Origin: Vermamoeba vermiformis
Taxonomy: Eukaryota
Length of the DNA: 64,000 bases
Reading direction: 5' to 3'
NCBI GenBank assembly: GCA_045837725.1
Contig: JBEWZL010000157.1
Location: 1 to 64,000 of the forward strand
Of this stretch, positions 38,801 to 51,137 are shown in pieces; the first letter of the stretch is position 1, and the number at the start of each line of letters is the position of its first letter. Under the pieces are notes generated by a model, which was not told where the DNA came from, did not search any database, and saw nothing but the letters and a program-made list of their open reading frames with translations. Position numbers and translations under genes: made by a program.

Positions 38801-39517
38801 GTTTTTGCACTATTTCAAGCATCGATAACGATCCTACGCCTGCACCCAAGCTCAAGTAAGTCAGATCCGGCAAGTGCCTTTAACAACATCAAAGAATTAG
38901 AAAATCAATTCATTATTTTAATTTTTTAATAATTACCAAAATATTTGTGGCACCACTTGCTGCGTAATTAATGGCACGTCGTTCAATATGAGCTCACTGA
39001 TGCAAAAACACTAAACACAAAAGAATATCAATTAATTTCATAGGTCATCAAAAGGAACCAAATAAATAGAACAATGTCTTAATTACGATATATACTTAAA
39101 TAAATTGAAGAAAATATTCGGAATCGTATCTTAACAGGACACCAAACGGGACAAAAAAAGATTTTACCTTTTTAATAATCACTAATAATGTATCTTCGGT
39201 CAATTGGATATATCCAGAAAGATCTAAATGCTGCAGCGATGCGGGCAATAAGTTTGGTAGAAGATCTAAATCGAAATCTGGAAAAACGACGTCAGATCGA
39301 AATTGAACTGCACTCCGTTACTTTACATTTCATATTAATATTTACCAGTAAGCTTAATCTTTTTCAATAATCCAGGCACAGCAGTCTCAGGGATATCTTG
39401 CGCGAATGACCATAACGAAAGGTTCGAGATCCAAGACAAAGCCAGCTGAAATAGCGTAGGCACTGTTGGAGCACTAAGCTCTTGCATAATCTCCGATGAT
39501 TCTGTTAAGTCGCTCAT
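35809..39517 (-). CDS. BC-box-like / LRR / UBX / MIU protein, copy B
   Basis: Colinear paralog of 17565-21221 with matching intron positions; shared blocks AWKEGPTxF, LPIDPC, GTVDVVE.LQLFPNLE, DLSTYDKTVQE; ends TDEEMARMLQEEEYL. Confidence 0.8.
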
Positions 39518-39798
39518 TTGTGGTCGACATCAGCATAAGCGAAGGAAAATGCTCGTTTGACAAACGAATTAGAAAAAGTTACGAAAAAAGTTAGACAAAA
39601 GCAATGCTATTTACTAGCAACAATTAGAGGTCCCCTAGCACAATACCATTCCAGATACTTAGAAAAAATTCGCTTTGTATTCAATTTCGCATTTTATTTT
39701 GGTTTGGACTATTTACATGTTGTTTTGTTACATTTTAGCAACCAGGTCTTTGCTATTAATACTATAGGACGATGTATTATGCTCTACAGTATCTTCAT

Positions 39799-41552
39799 TT
39801 AGTTTTTTTTAGTTTCGAGCCATCTTTCAGCAGTAATTGCGGCCATACAACCAAATCCAGCAGCAGTGACGGCCTATAAGATTCAAATATTAGTATTTGT
39901 GGTTAATATACTATATATATTGTATTTAATACATACTTGTTTGAAGTGAGTGTCGTGCACATCACCGGCAGCAAAAACGCCGTCAATGTTGGTGTAGATG
40001 TGGTCGTGCACTTTGATGTAACCCTGCTCGTCCAATTCAAGGCCACTACCCTTTAAATGTTGCGTCAAGGGCTCGTGACCAATAGCCATAAATAGACCAT
40101 CAGCGTGGACTTCACGAGTGGCACCAGTAGTGGTGTCTTTGAGCACGAGACCCGACAAGCGAGTGTCGCCAATGTATTGTGCAATAGTAGTGTTAAATAG
40201 GATTTCGATCTTAGGATTGTCGATGGCACGTTGTTGCATAATTTTTGAGGCTCTAATAAGGAAAGAAAAGTTTTGTCAGTACGCGGATGTAAAGCCGAGA
40301 TTAGACGAGCTAGTGCTTACCTCATTTTGTTGCTACGGACCAATAAATATACTTTCTTAGCGAATCTAGTCAAGAAAGTAGCTTCTTCTACGGCTGAATC
40401 ACCGCCACCCTAGATTTGAAAAGTTAGAATCGGATCACTATACCGCGGACAATTTGACTTACAATAACGTAAATTTCTTTGTTTCTGAAGATAGGCAAGG
40501 GACCATCGCAAGTGGCACAAGCGCTGATACCGTTGTTGCGAAGTTTAGTTTCGTTGTCCAATCCGAGCCACTTGGCAGCAGCACCGTTAGCGAGGACTAC
40601 GGCATTAGTTAAGTACCACTCTTCGCCAATTTTAACTTGATGAGGACCGCCTTGTTGGAATCTGAATTCAGTGGCAAACTCTTCGATAATTTGAGCGCCG
40701 AATCTGGAGGTAAAAAGCCGAGCTCCGTTAGTATCGAACTATCATCACAATAAATCTTTATATGAACTTACTTAGCAGCTTGAGCCTTGAATCTTTCCAT
40801 CAACTCCGGGCCGTCAATACCATCAGGGAAGCCAGGGAAGTTTTCTACTTCAGTGGTAATCATTAATTGACCGCCAGGAATAGACTGTGGTGAAACAGAT
40901 CCGGCGGCGACGATTGGTTTGAGACCTGCGCGACCGGCGTAAATAGCAGCTGTGAGACCGGCAGGGCCTGTTTGAAAAAAGGGTTGTTAGATTTGAAACT
41001 TCTCGGTAAGTCTAAAACTCCAGACAAAGGAATAATTAATTGTTGCCTAATATGATGCGTAACTAAGCCTGAGAGAATTAATAGGATGCACGTACCAGAT
41101 CCGACAATAACAAGTTCAGTTCTCTTGAACTCAGTAGGTTGATTGTTTGAAGCCATAATATTTGCTTGACTTATGCTCGAATATCTCTTGCGTGACCTTA
41201 ACACGTTGATTAGATTTGAATGAATAGACAGAATGGCGATTTCGACCTTATGTCTGTTTTTTTGTTCACGTGCCAGAAAAAAAATCACGTGACAATCGGG
41301 AAATTTCACGGATTCGAAGGATCTAGAAAGGAACCTTCCGCTATCTTCTTTTACTTACGTTTTTGTAACGAAGCTGCTCATAATTCCGATATTTCTAGAC
41401 CGTTCTCGGCGCCACGGGAGATCTTCCGTTACAGATGCGTTGGTGCAGGCTTTTGTTCCAGCATTCCATAGGGCAGCTGAAGCCTTATTTCTCGTGACTA
41501 TGCGGTTGGTGAGTGACCTTGATATCAATTTGATGCCTAGTCGCGTGAGCAT
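39799..41552 (-). CDS. TRR1: Low-molecular-weight thioredoxin reductase with an upstream exon encoding a probable mitochondrial presequence
   Basis: [57 protein letters not shown]; exon 41552-41359 splices in frame ahead of MASNNQ (41156). Confidence 0.93.
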
Positions 41553-41680
41553 GAGCCAACAGTCAGCGCGTTGTGTTGTTTTGTTTCAGATCTGAAAATA
41601 ATTTCTGAAATTCAAAAAAATATTCGGTTTTATCTTTAAACACCCGAAGCGGTAACACTATCAGTACTGATATCACATTG

Positions 41681-43417
41681 ATGGAGGTAAGTATCTGCCG
41701 ACCTATTCAAAAATATTTTTCGTCCACGTAACGGTCATTTTATTTCTTTCAGCCTGAAGCCAAGAGAATGAAGCCCACAAGAACAATCGGTACTCACGAT
41801 GGTATGAATTACTTATGTTATAATCTTGCACGAGTACTTCGATCCGTGCTAGTGCTTCTTGTTCGGTGACAGTTTTTGAGATCGAGATCTGACCTAATAA
41901 TCCTCTATTTAATTTTAAAAATTACTAGGAACCTTCCATTGCGATGAAGCTATGGCATGTTTTATGTTAAAGTCCACAGACGAATTTAAAGACGCAGGTA
42001 AATATTAAAATCAATAAACTGATATTGGATCTCGCTTATGTGATGATTAGAAATCTTCAGAACACGCGATCCTAAAGTATTAGAGAAGATGGATATATTA
42101 GTTGATGTTGGAGCAGTATACGATCCCGCCAAGTAAGAAAATATCCACAAAATCAGATCCTGAGAAATAAAAATTAATTTCATTATTATAGGCACCGCTA
42201 CGATCATCACCAACGTGAATTTACTGGCACATTTAACGAGAATTACAAAATTAAATTAAGCAGCGCTGGTTTGGTTTACAAGTAAGTTCTGATCCGATCG
42301 AACAAGTTCTGGCGATACTTTTAACCTTAATAATTAATAATAATTATATTTGCAGACATTTCGGCAAAGAAGTCGTTCAAAAGATTTTAAACAGCGATGA
42401 AGCCACGACAAACATTATTTACCAACAAGTCTACGATGTACGTAGATCCGCGCGATCCACCCACTTTACGCAACTTTTTCTCACTAACACTGTCAATCTT
42501 TCCAAATTTAGAAATTTATTCTTGCCCTCGATGCCATTGACAACGGTGTCAACCAATATGAAACTGATGTGCCGCCATTGTACGTCAACAACACTGACTT
42601 GGGTGCACGTGTCGGAAAATTAAATCCTGCTTGGAACCAGCCCGCCGCTAACAGAGACGTACGACTAACATTAGTTATTTCCTTATATGGTAATACCTAT
42701 TAATTGCCCCTTTAGGAATTATTCAAACGTGCGATGGAAATTGCTGGCACAGAATTCACTGAAACTGTAAAATACTTCGGTCAAGTACGTTTTAAGCATC
42801 CTCCGTAATAGCAAGAAATTAACGATATATGGTGAGTAATAATACTAATGGTCTAATCAGGTCTGGTGGCCCGCTCGTCACATCGTTAAAGAAGCAATTG
42901 AAAAGCGCAACGAAATCGATCCTAGCGGAAAAATTATCGTGCTGTCGCAGTTCTGCCCGTGGAAGGTACGTATAGGCATCGATTAATATAGTGGCTCGTA
43001 TTAATTTATCGTAATTTATAGGACCATTTGTTTGAGTTAGAAAAAGAATTCGGAATTTCCGGTCAAGTTATTTACATTTTGTTCGGAGATACTTCCGGCG
43101 GCTGGCGAGTGCAAGCAGCGCCCAAGAACGAGACGGGCTTTGATTCGCGCAAGACTTTGCCGCAAGCCTGGTGTGGCTTGAGGGACGATGTTTTGAGCAC
43201 CGCGATCAACATTCCTAATTGCATTTTTGTGCGTATCCTTTTGATTATGATGTGAGCTAGGGACCTATTATAGGGTTATATTATTATGATAGTAGTGTTA
43301 TGTAATGTTGTTTTGCTTTGACTTCACTTTTTGACAGATGCGAACGGATTCATTGGTGGCAACAAAACTTACGAAGGCGCATTGGCGATGGCTAAAACAG
43401 CTCTTACTATCGAATAA
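41681..43417 (+). CDS. MYG1: MYG1 family exonuclease (UPF0160)
   Basis: IGTHDGTFHCDEA, RTRD, VDVGAVYDP, YDHHQ, KLSSAGLVYKHFG, DAIDNG, WRVQA, LPQAWCGLRD, FVHANGFIGGN. Confidence 0.95.
43233..43337 (+). other. Putative U12-type (minor) intron in MYG1
   Basis: 5' end GTATCCTTT; branch-like GCTTTGAC about 16 nt before AG; phase 1. Confidence 0.75.
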
Positions 43418-43853
43418 TACTATGAGTACTATAGTATCATCTGGTAATAAATGCTTTCCGAAGTCGATCAGCTTCGCATCCGCCAAATTTTTTTTCAATT
43501 TTATTTTCAATTTTATTTTTATTTATCTTGTTTATTTACACGAATTTTGGCACTAACCATCATCAACTTAACTATTTCATCATGCATAGCAGTAATTTGT
43601 TCAATCGAAGTCTTCGACGATTTTTTGGTATTAGTTGGGTATGCAAGACTGCATCTGGTTCAATTTCATTCTCGAGCTCCCATTTGCGTGCGTCTTCAGC
43701 AGACATATTGATAATATTGTTATATATTCGAATGTTATGCGCGCTCTACATTATCAACTCTGCTAAGTCTTTTATTTTACTAACAAAGAGCGAGTGATCG
43801 CAACTAAACAATTATCTATTACTAATAGAGGTCATTAACAAAAATAGCTCTGT

Positions 43854-44639
43854 TTAAAAGAGAAGAGGATGGGCAGGAACTTTGAATTTCTTCAAGTTCA
43901 TCATACGCAAGCCCGCTGACAACTTGAACGAAGAGCTGCAAGTGCTTGGCAAGCTGAACACGTCCGGGTCAACATAGCCAACGAAGTTGGTCACGAAGTA
44001 GATCGAGTTGACCTGAGTGCCGTTGTATAGACCCAAAAAGACGGGATAATCGTCGGTGAAGCAAGCAGCCAAAGTAATATCATCGCCTAAGTAAGACCGA
44101 TTAATTTCTTTTTGTTAGCGGATTTAGATTCGGATGTACTTACCCAATTGAGAGAGCCAAAGGTCGCATTGCTTGCCAGGGTAGTACTCATCAACACCAG
44201 CAAAAGTAGCATCGTTCAAGAAGTCCCAAGCGTTGATCCAAGGAGAATTCAAGGCCCAAGTAGTGCACTGACCGGATGCGCTGTCGTACCAGTAGCCTTG
44301 ATTCTATGATACTGTGATTAGAATTGATTTTATATGATTACAGTACTTACGCTCTCATAAAGTCCAATGAACTCGCCCACTTGGTTGAAATTGGTGTCAT
44401 AAATATCGCTGCGAGCTCTAATTGGATCTCGGTTAGTTTTACTTGTTAACAATGATTGCTTAGAAGACAATCTACCTCTGATTAGTTTGGTCGTAATAAG
44501 TGTTAACGGAGACGTAGCCACTGGGAGTAATGGCAAAAGCTGACAGACTGTAGTCCGTTGGTGGATTTGGCTTGGCTGGATCTGCCAGGGCAATGGTTGC
44601 CAAACAGAGTGCTGCTAAAGTTACCAAGAATGATTTCAT
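43854..44639 (-). CDS. Ependymin-related (EPDR, LolA-fold) secreted or lysosomal protein
   Basis: Signal peptide, P.PPTDYS, YYDQTNQRARSD, CTT, CDLW, C-terminal TNF..VDPDVFSLPSTC; 4 exons. Confidence 0.72.
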
Positions 44640-45227
44640 ATTTGATTGTTGTATTCGAAGTGTTTCAAATGTGTTCTTACTGATCCGAAGCTGATGAAAA
44701 AATGACCGATCTTTGTTCGTATTTAAATGCGCGCAAGCCCATGAAAATCAGTAAAATTTCCTAACATTATGGACGTAACCGTATTGTCTAGCGCAGAAAG
44801 TTCAACTTGCCGGAAGTTTGAAACACTTTAAAGTGTGGAACTTTCTTCGGAATGTTCAGTGCGAACAAGGTGCATTCGCAAGATATCGCTACACCAAATT
44901 CGGTAACACCAATATTAGCATTTTTCTAGGAAATTAAGATCCTTTGTATCATCCACTAAACGAACAGTCTGCGGATGTGCTCCAGTTGAAAATTAACGAA
45001 TCATAAAATGAATCCGAACTCTGGAGGCTTTACTTGATTTTCTTTAAAATTAATATGCGGATCTATTTGCCACCACGAAATAGAAGCAATCATTTAGCTT
45101 ACTCTAATGAAGGCGAATACAACACTCGCGCCGAAAGTAAAAAGCAAACCTTTCGCTAGCTACAAATGACGAGGACCTGTTAATTTTATCTATGTACATT
45201 GGTTAATATTAATAACCATTACGTTAA

Positions 45228-48200
45228 TTACATTGTCCGAGATAGCTCCGGCGATGAAGCACCGCTATCGGTGAAGTCATCCGTGTAGTTCAGATCATCG
45301 CGCGAATCGTTCAATGAATTCGAAACACGCAGGACAGGATTAGCATTAGATGCCAATACATATACTTTGTCGCTGACTCGGAGCGGCAGACTTGGATCTG
45401 GATTCGTTACGACAAAACCGCGGGATGTCGCTCGTACTCCATCTAATGTTCGGCGATAAAGACCAAGCGCCAGAATATTTTGATTCAACAAACTCTTAAA
45501 TAGATCTTCAAACGTGTTCCGTTGCTATAATAACAGAGTTAATGTCATGATAAAGACAAAAAAAATTGGATGCAGATCCGATTACGTACCATTCCGTCGG
45601 GCAATGAGATCAATATTAAATTGTCTTTGAAGGTCTGTTGTCTCATAGGCTCGTCGTTAGTATCTTTCCACTGCACGAATTGTCGCACAATGTCCAATAA
45701 TAGCGGATTGACCACTGCTTGCGCCATCAAGATCTGAATGAAGTGACTATGGAATACTGAACCACGCATAAATTCTAAGAATAGGCGATGAGTACATACT
45801 ATCATATTAGTATTGTCAATGAAGGACGTACCTGGATATAAATACGGGTCCTTAAAGTGGGTCGTGTTCGCGAATCCCAAACTTTCCAAAGTGAACAGCT
45901 CTAAGATCACGTGACACTTGGGGAAGTAATTGCGAATATTTACATAGGCCAAGATAGTGTTGCGATCAGGCGAAGATGAGTCTGGGTCCTAGTACAACAA
46001 GTTGTTAATGCCCGCTTCATACTCGCGCAAATTGATCACGATTTAAAGAATAATAACAAAGAGCTTGACTTCGTGATACTCAGGTCAAAATGAACAATAA
46101 TTGACATCAAGACGATGAAAAGTATTAATCGTGTGATAAATTTCTTACGTATTTTGTGCCGACTAAGATGCACACAGAAGCCAAGTCGATGTTGACGCTG
46201 ATCAAATCTTGCATGTTGATCGCAGAGCCCTTTAAAAGAAAACACAATAGTTAATCCTAATCCTGACGAAATTTCATGAAAAAACATCACTGCGTACCTG
46301 CTGCACCCAGACTTCAGGGAACATGGCAATTTTGTTCCACTTCTCCGGTGTCATTGTCGTGCTGAGAATGACGATCGGCTTCAGCTCGCTAATGTGTGCC
46401 TCACGTAACGGCGCGATGAAATAGAACCAATCGGTCATATCACCTGAGATGATAATATGATTCGACACGTTCTTCGGCATACTCTGCCCTTCGCTATAAG
46501 TTGGTGGCTCATCGTAACAGGCGTACTGGCCCTTCAAAATATCTGGGTCACGTGATCGGAACACATTCGTCCAGTACTCGCGAGACGAGCTGGAAATATC
46601 AATAGAATTTCTTCTGCCTTCTTCTACTGACGACTTGACTGAGCCAGGGGCCTGTGTGTGTGTCATCAGACTCGACAACTTGATTTCAGACTTGTTCAAG
46701 TTGAGCGACATCGGATCTCGTGTGATGAAAAAGGCAACCTCACCGCCCTCGATGATGTACTAATAAGGTGTGAGCAGCTGTATAGTCAAATATATATCGA
46801 TCTACTTACGTCATTGCCAGGGTTCAATGAAATGGTGTTGTCCTGCATTTGAACGGCAAAAAGGATGGATTTGTAGTTCTTGTAGATCAGCTGATAAAAG
46901 CGTTATTAAAATTGAATTAAGAGCTTCAAATAATATATATTACCTTAACAATGTCATTAAATCTGCTTCCAGAAAGAACTTCAGGCAATCTAGCCATGAA
47001 GATCTGGTTGTTGGATCCGTCATCTTGCCGCACATGTCAGTGAGTGCCCATACATTAATATCACTCTTTATACTTACAATATTCATATAGGTCCGTATCT
47101 TGATCGTAATATTCCGCCCTAACTTTAACCGTGCGAATAAGATTGGTGATAAATGTGAGTGAACCCTTCACCATTGTGGCCTTAGCCAACATGCCCATGC
47201 GCAGCTCCAAGTATGAGAAACTGTACAAATATTTGCCAACAGACCTCAATAACGTCTATATATGTGTAAGTAAGGTTATCTATGTCGTTGGTATTACACT
47301 TACATTGGTCTCGGGAAATCTCATTTGCACGAAGATTGGCAATCTCTTGCGAACATTTCTGAAGCACAAACAATACAGTGCGTTATCTAAATATATCGAT
47401 TAGTACATATATAATATGCAATAATAACCCTTTCGTACCTAGGTCTTTGCTCTCAATGTTTTCAGTGAGCTCGGGATCCACGACGATAAAGCAGGCCTTG
47501 GCTTTATCAACACGAATACGCGCTAAATCTTTAGGGTGCTATTATTGTAATTAGTACAGGCACGATATTGATTACCATCGTTCTTACCAAAGGAGTGCCC
47601 CTGTAAAAGTAGATGCGTTGATAGAACTTGGTTCTGGCCAACAGTTCCAATTCTCTACTCGGATAATCTTTCAACAGCACCACCATTTTGTACAAATTTC
47701 GATTTCTTTTGCTGTAAAATTCATTCGCAAACGCCACCAAGTTGCCGTAAGTTATGTGTCCAGTCACTATCACGTGCTTCATGCCTTTCAAACGAATGAA
47801 ACTGCCATCGTATCTGCCCAACATCTTTTGCAATAATTTGCCAAAGTATACGGCCTAGGGGTGTGTGATTAGCATGTAATTACAACGCATTATCATGCGA
47901 GGGAAGTTACCTGAAGTGGCACCAAAACGACTGATGACAGCACCATTATCACAACGAAAAATCGGCCCAGACCAGTTTTAGGCGCCATATCACCATAGCC
48001 GAGTGTAGTAATCGACACTACGACAAAATATAATGCCACGTGAAATTCATTGTTGACTGTGTCTGGCTCCACCTGAAGCGAAAAGTTAGCGACTCGCAAG
48101 TGCGTGTACGTGGAAACTTACAATTAGAATAATACATGTGGACACGAAAATCAATGAAAATACGGTGAATGTCAATCTAAATACTTGTCTCCATAGTACT

Positions 48201-49109
48201 ATATTACCAAATTAGTAAAAGAATAGCTGTTTTAGTCGTGACAGTACCTGAATTAATCAAATTCAAAATAGATAATGCTCGGAAGATACGTAGAATAGAT
48301 ACCACACGAAAGAATGTATCAAATGATACTGTTTCTACTAGCGCTGGTACAATAGTAAAATAATCGATGAATGCGTAGAATGACAAAGCGTAACGGATTC
48401 TGGATTGAGTAATTAGAAATTACCTTAGTATTAGTTCTGGCATGTTAAATTACCTGTTCTCCGTAATATATAAGTTCAGTGAAAATAGGAATAAGAATGT
48501 TAACGCCATAGTAAAGTCCTGCAGCCGCTGTTAGATCAGATCCGACAATACTCGAGCCAAAACTTACTAGTGCAACCATCCAAGGTGGCCGTTCGATTAA
48601 ATAGGTTTGCCATACGTATAGCGCGCACCATGCAAGACTTAATACAGCATGGATGCTTCCCTAAATTAATTTTTAATTAGATCGCTAGATTGAATTGATG
48701 ACTTTCAGGATATTAGCCGTAACATTTTTCTATAGTGCTGATATGGCTAAAATTATATTTTAAATCAATTTTAGTGACTGGAGCGTAACCGCTGACCATA
48801 ATTTTCCGAATGTTTATCGGTTAATTAAGATCTTGATGTGGCTTCTTTGCCTACCAGAGTATAAGCCACAGGTCGTTTTCTAAAATAACTATTAGCTCTT
48901 AGCCACAATGAATTGCTCTCTCTTTCGTTGTCTCGCTGCAGTTGCTGTAAAACGGCATCTAGCTCCTTTCTGCTTAGATTTGACGGGGCAATTTTTTCTG
49001 TGCTACGTCTCGGTGCAGGCAATAATTTAACTTTTTGGGATCTGTATTTAGAATCGTCAATGAAGTTGGATTCGTCCTCGTAATCCAATGGATCCACTGA
49101 CGTCTGCAT
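45228..49109 (-). CDS. Slo/BK-like K+ channel with RCK domains
   Basis: S4-like SILRIFRAL; pore ALYFVVVSITTLGYGD; RCK HVIVTG and NHIIISG; LGLYR and FVVTNP near the C-terminus. Confidence 0.9.
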
Positions 49110-49279
49110 TTTATAAATAAATTAACATAAAAATAAATATATAGATAATGTATCTTATACAATTAAATAGGAATAAAACTAGTTCCGTTAGAACAAACAA
49201 AAATTTTTGACAGGGCAAGTTACCGTTTCAATTTTATCAGTCAAAAATCAATCACACAACGAATACAACAATTTATAAT

Positions 49280-49920
49280 ATGAGATTATTTATTTTTCTC
49301 GGTCGCTCGCTAATTGCAGCCTTTTTCATTATGGGTGCTCTTCAAACATTAAAGGTACGTGGGGCGAACTTTCTCAAGGCTTGTCATGCACTTCAATAAA
49401 TATTTAATGTGAAAATATTTATTATTAGCCCTTAAGCGAATAAAATGATAAACACGGTATAATTTTATGAATTATAGGAATATTTTTTTGATTTTCATTT
49501 CCCTGTTCTAGGAACCCTTACCAGTCTACAGACTACTTAATCAATATGGTTTATCAGCTGAATATGCTGAATTTGCTACAAATGCTCTTGGTAAGAAAAT
49601 AGATTCGGTATACAATCGGTGCAGATCTGATCTTTCCTGTCACAGCTGTCGTGCAGATCATTTGCGCCGTAGGTCTAATTAGCAGTGTCATGGCATCATT
49701 TTTTGGCATGTTATTATTTTTGCAATATTTAGCCGTCGTTATGGCCTCAAAACCAGACATTTACTCGACTGCTGGCCAGATGGCACTCGCAAAGGTAATT
49801 CCGCGATTAATTTAACAACAATAATTAACCTATCAATAGGAACTCGCTATATTGGGCGGTTTGTTGGTTTATATTGGCTACAGAATGTTATACAGCGGTC
49901 AGAAACGAAAACTTGATTAG
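49280..49920 (+). CDS. Small multi-TM DoxX/SURF4-like ER membrane protein
   Basis: Spliced MRLFIFLGRSLIAAFFIMGA...KELAILGGLLVYI...KRKLD; KxKxx-type ER retrieval end; 4 exons; not in the ORF track. Confidence 0.65.
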
Positions 49921-49959
49921 ATAAACCGAGTAGTTTAGCCCACTACGACGATTTTGTTC

Positions 49960-50992
49960 CTATTCTTCTGGCTGCAACAGCTCTGCCGTGGATGCATGCG
50001 AGTGATACTGATACTCGCGCACTATTATACTGCCAGGATCAGTCGTGTACACGGACATGATGACACGTGCTTGACACGGCTCGTCGTTGGGTCCTTTGGT
50101 GATACAGATGTATCGCTGCGTCCATATGAGACCGCCCTTAGCGTTGGGACTCTTATTAGGGTTCCTCTGCAAAGGTAGTTAGCATTAATAATTCATTTGA
50201 TAGTGATTTAAGAGCGAGACTTACGCCACTCCCATACACGCGTCCACCGGCTTTATGGAAGAGACAGTTCCAAAGCGTGTTCGTCTTGTTGATCCAATGG
50301 CCCTCTTGATCGATGTTGATAGTCGACGATGACGTTGGCTCTGCACCACCTTTCGATTTCCTGCCTCGTTTCGCGTGGATCTTCTTCGGTTTGGCAATTT
50401 TGATTTTAATTTTAGGAGGCTCGATCGGCTGAGGCCGTGGCTTAGAGCGCAGTTTTGGTCGTTCTTTTTCTGGAGCAACGTCATCTTTTTCTGGATCAAA
50501 GTCAGTGTCGGAAGCGTCCGACTCAGCGGTTGCCTCGTTGAAATTGCTAAGCGGATCTCGCTTTGGAACCGATGCACTTCGTGGCAAGGCCTGACGTAAG
50601 GTAGTCTGCTTAATTTCAGATGATTTTGTAGGTTCAGGTTGAGTCTTTCTTCTGAAGCGATCCAAGTTGCTCCAGTTGAGTTCTTTAAAAGGTACTGGCG
50701 ACTTATCATTTATGCTGGAGACCATATTCTCTGCCCCAATATGAGCTAGAAGAAATGCTACAGCGTCGTCCTCGACTCTCGAATGAATAGCCTTTATTTT
50801 TAGAATTATTTTCAATTTCTGAAATTTTGACAAAAATGAATTTCGTACCTCGTTTAAGTTCTCATCGATACTGACGTCGCAGAACTGCATGAGCTCCTCG
50901 AAAATATTCTGGTCTTCCTTTTTAGCCACATTAGTATTCGAGCATCGTTCAACGCTCTGTTGACACTCAAAGTCGTTGCCGATCTGCTCCAT
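49960..50992 (-). CDS. Putative WRKY/GCM1-fold zinc-finger DNA-binding protein
   Basis: C-terminal QRYIC-X9-C-X23-HSH; basic KRGRK segment upstream. Confidence 0.55.
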
Positions 50993-51137
50993 GTTAGCGA
51001 GTTCCAAAAGAATGATAGGTTGACTTTAGCAGTAGCGCATATAAGCACTTTTAGCTTAAAAAGAGCTTTTTGGAGCCAATTTAAATCTAGGAAATAACCG
51101 AAGCGCTCCATAAAATTTGTAAGCGCTTTATTCTCGC

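Noticed and set aside
43540-43720. Small minus-strand ORF MELENEIEPD...
   Set aside because: Only 36 codons with no motif or splice support
50854-51111. ORF suggesting a frameshifted 5' extension of the WRKY-like gene
   Set aside because: It starts just past the SID-1 stop codon (51138) in the short spacer; ATG at 50992 gives a complete gene
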